A stretch of 64,000 nt of DNA. Source: Camelus dromedarius. Its lineage: Eukaryota. Numbering within the stretch: position 1 is the first letter of the stretch; each line of letters starts with the position of its first letter. The stretch spans positions 6,138,001-6,202,000 of the forward strand of contig NC_087441.1 in NCBI RefSeq assembly GCF_036321535.1. The letters are read 5' to 3'. Shown one piece after another: positions 59,523 through 64,000 of the stretch. Below the pieces are notes generated by a model. It was given only the letters and a program-made list of their open reading frames with translations, was not told the origin of the DNA and did no database searches. Position numbers and translations under genes: made by a program.

Positions 59523-59712
59523 CCCATGTTTCACAAATTGGATTCAGAAATAAATTTCCTACCGTTTTACCAATGGAAACATTATTTGTCCACTTAACAC
59601 GAACAGTGAAATGTATAAATTCTAATTTTAATGCAATTAGTTCCCAAGACATTTGCACACATCCAGTGTCTCAGGGCCAAATTTTTTTAAGTGGAAGAAG
59701 CATTTTGCACAT

Positions 59713-59856
59713 TTTTTTTTATTAAGGTACAGTTGGTTTACAATGTTGTGTTAGTTTCTGGCGTACAGCATAGCGATTCAGTTATACATATACATATTCC
59801 TTTTCATATTCTTTTTCATTATAGGCCATTACAAGGTATTGACTAGAGCTCCCTGC
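59713..59856 (-). mobile_element. Short 5'-truncated L1 3' end
   Basis: Poly-T, GGTACAGTTGGTTTACAATGTTGTGTTAGTTTCTGGCGTACAGCATAGCGATTCAGTTATACATATAC. TSD TGCACAT at 59706-59712 and 59857-59863. Confidence 0.9.
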
Positions 59857-62344
59857 TGCACATATATTTTTTATATAGATCTAATCAGAACTTTACATCA
59901 GGACCAGTTTTCTGTCTCAGGGAAGAGTGTGAAAGTGAAAGTTTTAAAACGTTTTTACCAAAATCCCTTCTTTATTAATAACATTTGGTATCTATTTAAC
60001 TCCCTTATATTTTCTATGTCCCTGATTGGACACGAAGTCCTCCCAGGGACAAGAGCTCTGGTGCAAAGAAGGGCAGGCAGGAGGCGTGAACAGGTGGGCA
60101 TCCTTCCAGATCACCTCAGCTGCCCCGTGATTCACAGTCACCGTCGCCCCCGGAGCCATGGGAGCCCAGAATTCTCTCCATCCTCTTCTGTTCTCTCAGA
60201 TCTCCTGCCCAGCTTGGTACCACTCCGTCCACTGCTGGACTGGCTGCGGCCCTTTCTCTCCCACCTCCAGGGACACAAGAAGCAGGAGGTTGCAGTAAAT
60301 GTCCCTGTTTTCATGTCCATTCTATTTGTCCCCATTTCCTGGACTTGGCCAAACCCTCCAATCGTCTCCTTCGTCTTGGTCTTCTGCTCCACGCTTTTTC
60401 ACTTTCCTGACATGCCCCCCTGACGGCCCCTCCTCTGCCCTTGGCAAAGTCTCCTTCCAGGTTCCTGCAGGGGCTGGAAGTGGCTCTCTGGAACCACTGC
60501 ACACTCTGCACCTGCTGGCCTGAAATCTACCAGTTCCCGTGGGGTGTGGTCCCCCAGCAACTCGCAGCTCCTTGGTGGACCCCCTGTCCACCCGGCTCTA
60601 GGGGCGCTTTCTCTGGGGGAGAGGGTGAGGGTGGCGAGGGCAGACTAAGTCACAGGAGCATGAACGGCCCCATCCTCCAGCCAGTTCACCCCACCCCGGG
60701 CACCAGGGGGCGCCCTGCCCTTCTTCTCAATCCATGGTTTTCTCCAGGCAGTGTTGCTGTCCCAGGCAACGGGTGAGGCAAATTAATCGTCAGTCTGTGA
60801 TTTAATGCAATCACAGGGTCTGCCCAGGGCAGGCACAGGCTGCAGTGCCCCAGAGTCTCCCACACACACCTGTGGGGTGCATGTGTACAGTGCACACACA
60901 TATGTCCCCCAAAGATAAATGGAAAATCCTCCCCTTTTGAAACTATTTCAGATTCCAACCAGGTTCCTTCCTGTCGGATGCTCTTCCACTACTTGAGGAC
61001 CCTTTCGGCTCATACAGCTGATTTCTTCCATCACCGTGTGGTTGGAAGATGGGGCTGCAATGATTTTCTCAGCAACCTGGTGCAGGAGTTTGTGTGATAC
61101 TTTCTAAGGTTAAGGGTGTCACCTATGGAATTTACATTCCAGTGAATTAAAGAGGATATCAAATGGTGATGAGGGCTGTGTTCTGTTTGAAGTGACAATA
61201 TATCCTGCGGGTAGTTGGAAATATGAAATTGAAATTTGATGTATTAGGATCATTGTCAAGATTTGAGAGTTATCGTTAGAAAGGTAATACTTGAAGCTCT
61301 TCGAGAATGGGTCTGTTCTCTGAAGTAAAGCAGCATCACAGGCTTCTCTGCAAAGAAGTAAGACGACTTGTGAGTCTTATTGTAAATGGACTGAGGCTGC
61401 GCCAACACCTCCTGGTTTTGGCGAGTGGAGGGGGTGGGTTAAGGAAATGAAAGGGCAATTTCTTCCAGGAGTGTGACCCTCAAAAAAGGGTCCCTGATAT
61501 AGAGATGATACACAAAGTCATAGGATGAAAGGGGAGCATTTCTCTGGACAATTTGGGGCAGATCTGGGTGGAGAATGGTACTTTCATATTGAACCAAACA
61601 CATGAGTATTCCTAAAAAATGTCTAAATTTACCCCCTCTATTTGGGGCTCTGACCTTGAGCCTCTCCAGAACAGACCGGCTCTTCCCTCTGCTGTCTGGG
61701 AACACCTCTCAGAAGAGCTTGAGAACGCTAATTTAAGTGATGACAAGAAACTCACCCACACAGTCAAAACCCAATTAAAAATGTTAGGATCAGACATCAA
61801 GATGGTGTGAAATGAATAGTTTTTTTCAAATGCTTCTTACACAAAATGATTTTTGCTGCTCTTTAGTTTTTATAATGTACTTACGCTTTCACTGCTCTAA
61901 GAAACAGATTAATGTTCCTGTATTATTTTGTTTACACCCCATGTAAACAGAAATGGTCCCAGGAGGAATGACATTAATTATTATCAAATGATCTTTTCCT
62001 TCATCATCAAAATGTAAGCAATTAAATCTCCACTTCCCAAATAGATTAAAGAAGATTTAACTCTTGCAGAGGTTTCTAGCTAGAGGTAAAAATCAGTTGC
62101 ACCAATAATTTTTATGAATGTGTCTTGATTTAGAAAGTACTGTTTAAGCTTTATTTTGCAGAAGACAATTTACATATAAGACAGACTCTTTGAAAGTAAC
62201 CTCACTTAAACTGAGCTGCCTTAATTTTTAAGTAAGTGGACCGTATTTGGCTCCAATGTGGAGGCTTCGGTGTGTTATTAACATGAAACTGACATGGTAT
62301 GAATTTAAAAAGAGACCAGTCTTCTCTCTGTCCCATGTATCTGA

Positions 62345-62435
62345 GGTCACAGTTAAGTTACTTAATCTCCCCTGTACCTGTTTCCTCAGCTGCAGAATGA
62401 GGTCTCTTCCATCTCTGAGGCTCTGAGCTTCCATG
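62345..62435 (+). mobile_element. MIR fragment
   Basis: GTTAAGTTACTTAATCTCCCCTGTACCTGTTTCCTCAGCTGCAGAATGAGG. Confidence 0.7.
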
Positions 62436-62668
62436 CATGCTCTTGATATTACCAGAGCAGTTCACAAGCACAGGACTTGCATAGTTAAAGTTAAGTCATC
62501 GATCTTGCTACCAGGTTAGGCTCCTAGAGGGACACAGCACCCAGCCACCGCTGTGGGTCAGCCTCTCATCCTGTCTTTTCACCTTCCTCAAGGATCCACT
62601 GGAAGTAACTGCTCATCAAATCTGATGTTGGATGGTGAGACTCTTGCTTAGTTTGGACAGGAAGACAG

Positions 62669-63276
62669 TTTTTTTATTGAAGTGTAGTAGACTTACAAGG
62701 TTGTGTTAGTTTCAGGTGTACAGGAAAGTGATTCAGTTATAGACACACACGTATATTTTCTTTCTCAGATTCTTTTTTTCATTATAGGTTATTACAAGAT
62801 ACTGAATATAGTTCCCTGTGCTGTATAGTATGACCTTGCCATTTATCTATTTTATATATAATAATGTGTATCTGTTAATCCCAAACTCCTAATTTATCCC
62901 CCCTCTTTCCTTTCCCCTTTGGTAACCATGGTTTGTTTTCTATGTCTGAGAGTCTATTTATGGTTTGTAAATAAGTTCAGCTGTATCATTATTTAGATTC
63001 CACATATAAGTGATATCATGTGATATTTGTCTTTCTCTGTCTGACTACCTTCACTTAGTATGATCATCTCTAGGTGCATCCATGTTGCTGCAAATGGCAT
63101 TGTTTCATTCTTCTTTACTGCTGAGTAGTATTCCATTGTATAAATAGACCACAGCTTCTTTATCCAGTCATGTGTCGATGGACATTTAGGTTGCTTCCAT
63201 ATCTTAGCTGTTGTAAATAGTGCTGCTGTGAACACTGGGGTGCATGTATCTTTTCTAATTGAGTTTTCTCCAGAGA
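62669..63276 (-). mobile_element. 5'-truncated L1 with open ORF2p C-terminus (~90 codons) and full 3' UTR
   Basis: Track ORF 62993-63337 contains KDTCTPVFTAALFTTAKIWKQPKCPSTHDWIKKLWSIYTMEYYSAVKKNETMPFAATWMHLEMIILSEGSQTEKDKYHMISLICGI*, the canonical L1 ORF2p end, with a poly-T tail at 62669. Confidence 0.95.
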
Positions 63277-64000
63277 AAGACATGCTTGAGTGTAGAGAGG
63301 GACCCAAAGTGGAATCATTGTGGCATGTGCTCCACACTGATACACAAGAGCTGTTTTAGATCCTGACATTAAAATTATTCAAATAAGAGCATCCTTGTTA
63401 ACGCAGAAATAATAATTCAAACAGAGCTAAGCAGCGTTTCTGCCTTCCGGGGTAAAACTGATAACTAACAACTCAAGCAAAGTTGACTCCATTCTTCCTG
63501 GGCACACAGGGCAAGGTTCAGGGAAGGACTTATTTATTTGGCTTCTTTTTTTCAGTTGTGTTTTAATTTCCAAGAATCATCATCTAACCCCCTCCCCTCA
63601 TGCAGAACTTCACCTAATCATTCAAGACAAAGGGTCAGCTCTACTTAGGAGATGATCACACCATCTCCTGAGATGGCGTTTCATTACCTTCATCAACAAG
63701 AAGTTACTCAGTGTCTAACTTCTCACCTTTCTTGCTGGAATCTAAACCCCAAACATCTGACAGCCACTTCTACACGATGTTCTAGATATAAAGACACCAA
63801 TGTTCTGGTGTGGCTTGGAGTCAGCTGTGTGTTGTACATTGCGATCCTATTTGTACTCAACCCCAAATCTACGTGGGGCCTCAGTTGAGAGATACCCCAC
63901 TGCTCTGGTCCCTGAGATCCCCCCATCAGTGGGAACTCTGGGGGCTCCCATCTTGTCTCCTGGTGATGCCAGGGTGCTAGTGGATACTGCTCAGGACTCC

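Noticed and set aside
62993-63337. 114-aa ORF as an active L1 or new gene
   Set aside because: It is only the C-terminal end of ORF2p in a ~600-bp 5'-truncated copy; the upstream ATG comes from flanking sequence.
1-64000. The many 60-194 aa ORFs in the six-frame track as independent genes (e.g. 1086-1505, 16189-16659, 21000-21500, 59839-60423)
   Set aside because: No recognisable domains, no splice or promoter context, and lengths expected by chance. Those with protein similarity are TE relics (Tigger1, L2 RT, L1 ORF2) or the PRKN exon 9 frame.

Overview
Mammalian genomic DNA, most likely a camelid: it carries four Vic-1-like tRNA-derived SINEs and cetartiodactyl-type L1 3' ends, and I recognised no Alu, BovB/Bov-tA or PRE-1. 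The window lies inside the very large PRKN (parkin, PARK2) gene on the + strand. It holds only two coding exons: exon 8 (27128-27189, end of RING1) and exon 9 (41546-41695, first half of the IBR domain), with a 14,356-bp intron between them. Exon numbers follow the human gene as I recall it. Everything else is intron, dense in old L2, MIR, L3/CR1, L1, LTR and DNA-transposon relics, plus three N gaps that all fall inside L1 3' ends. No other ORF in the six-frame track is supported as a gene. I did not find a convincing new biological system. The best second-look items are: (1) a perfect short interstitial telomeric array, G(GGTTAG)5, ending in telomerase product register; (2) an exon 9 with 92% GC3 and 15 CpGs; (3) a small intronic CpG patch near CpG-enriched old repeats; (4) a three-level nested transposon with a later deletion; (5) several perfect small tandem duplications; (6) AG|GT recursive-splice-like motifs. 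Repeat family names were assigned by eye from remembered consensus sequences, and boundaries of old repeats are approximate.
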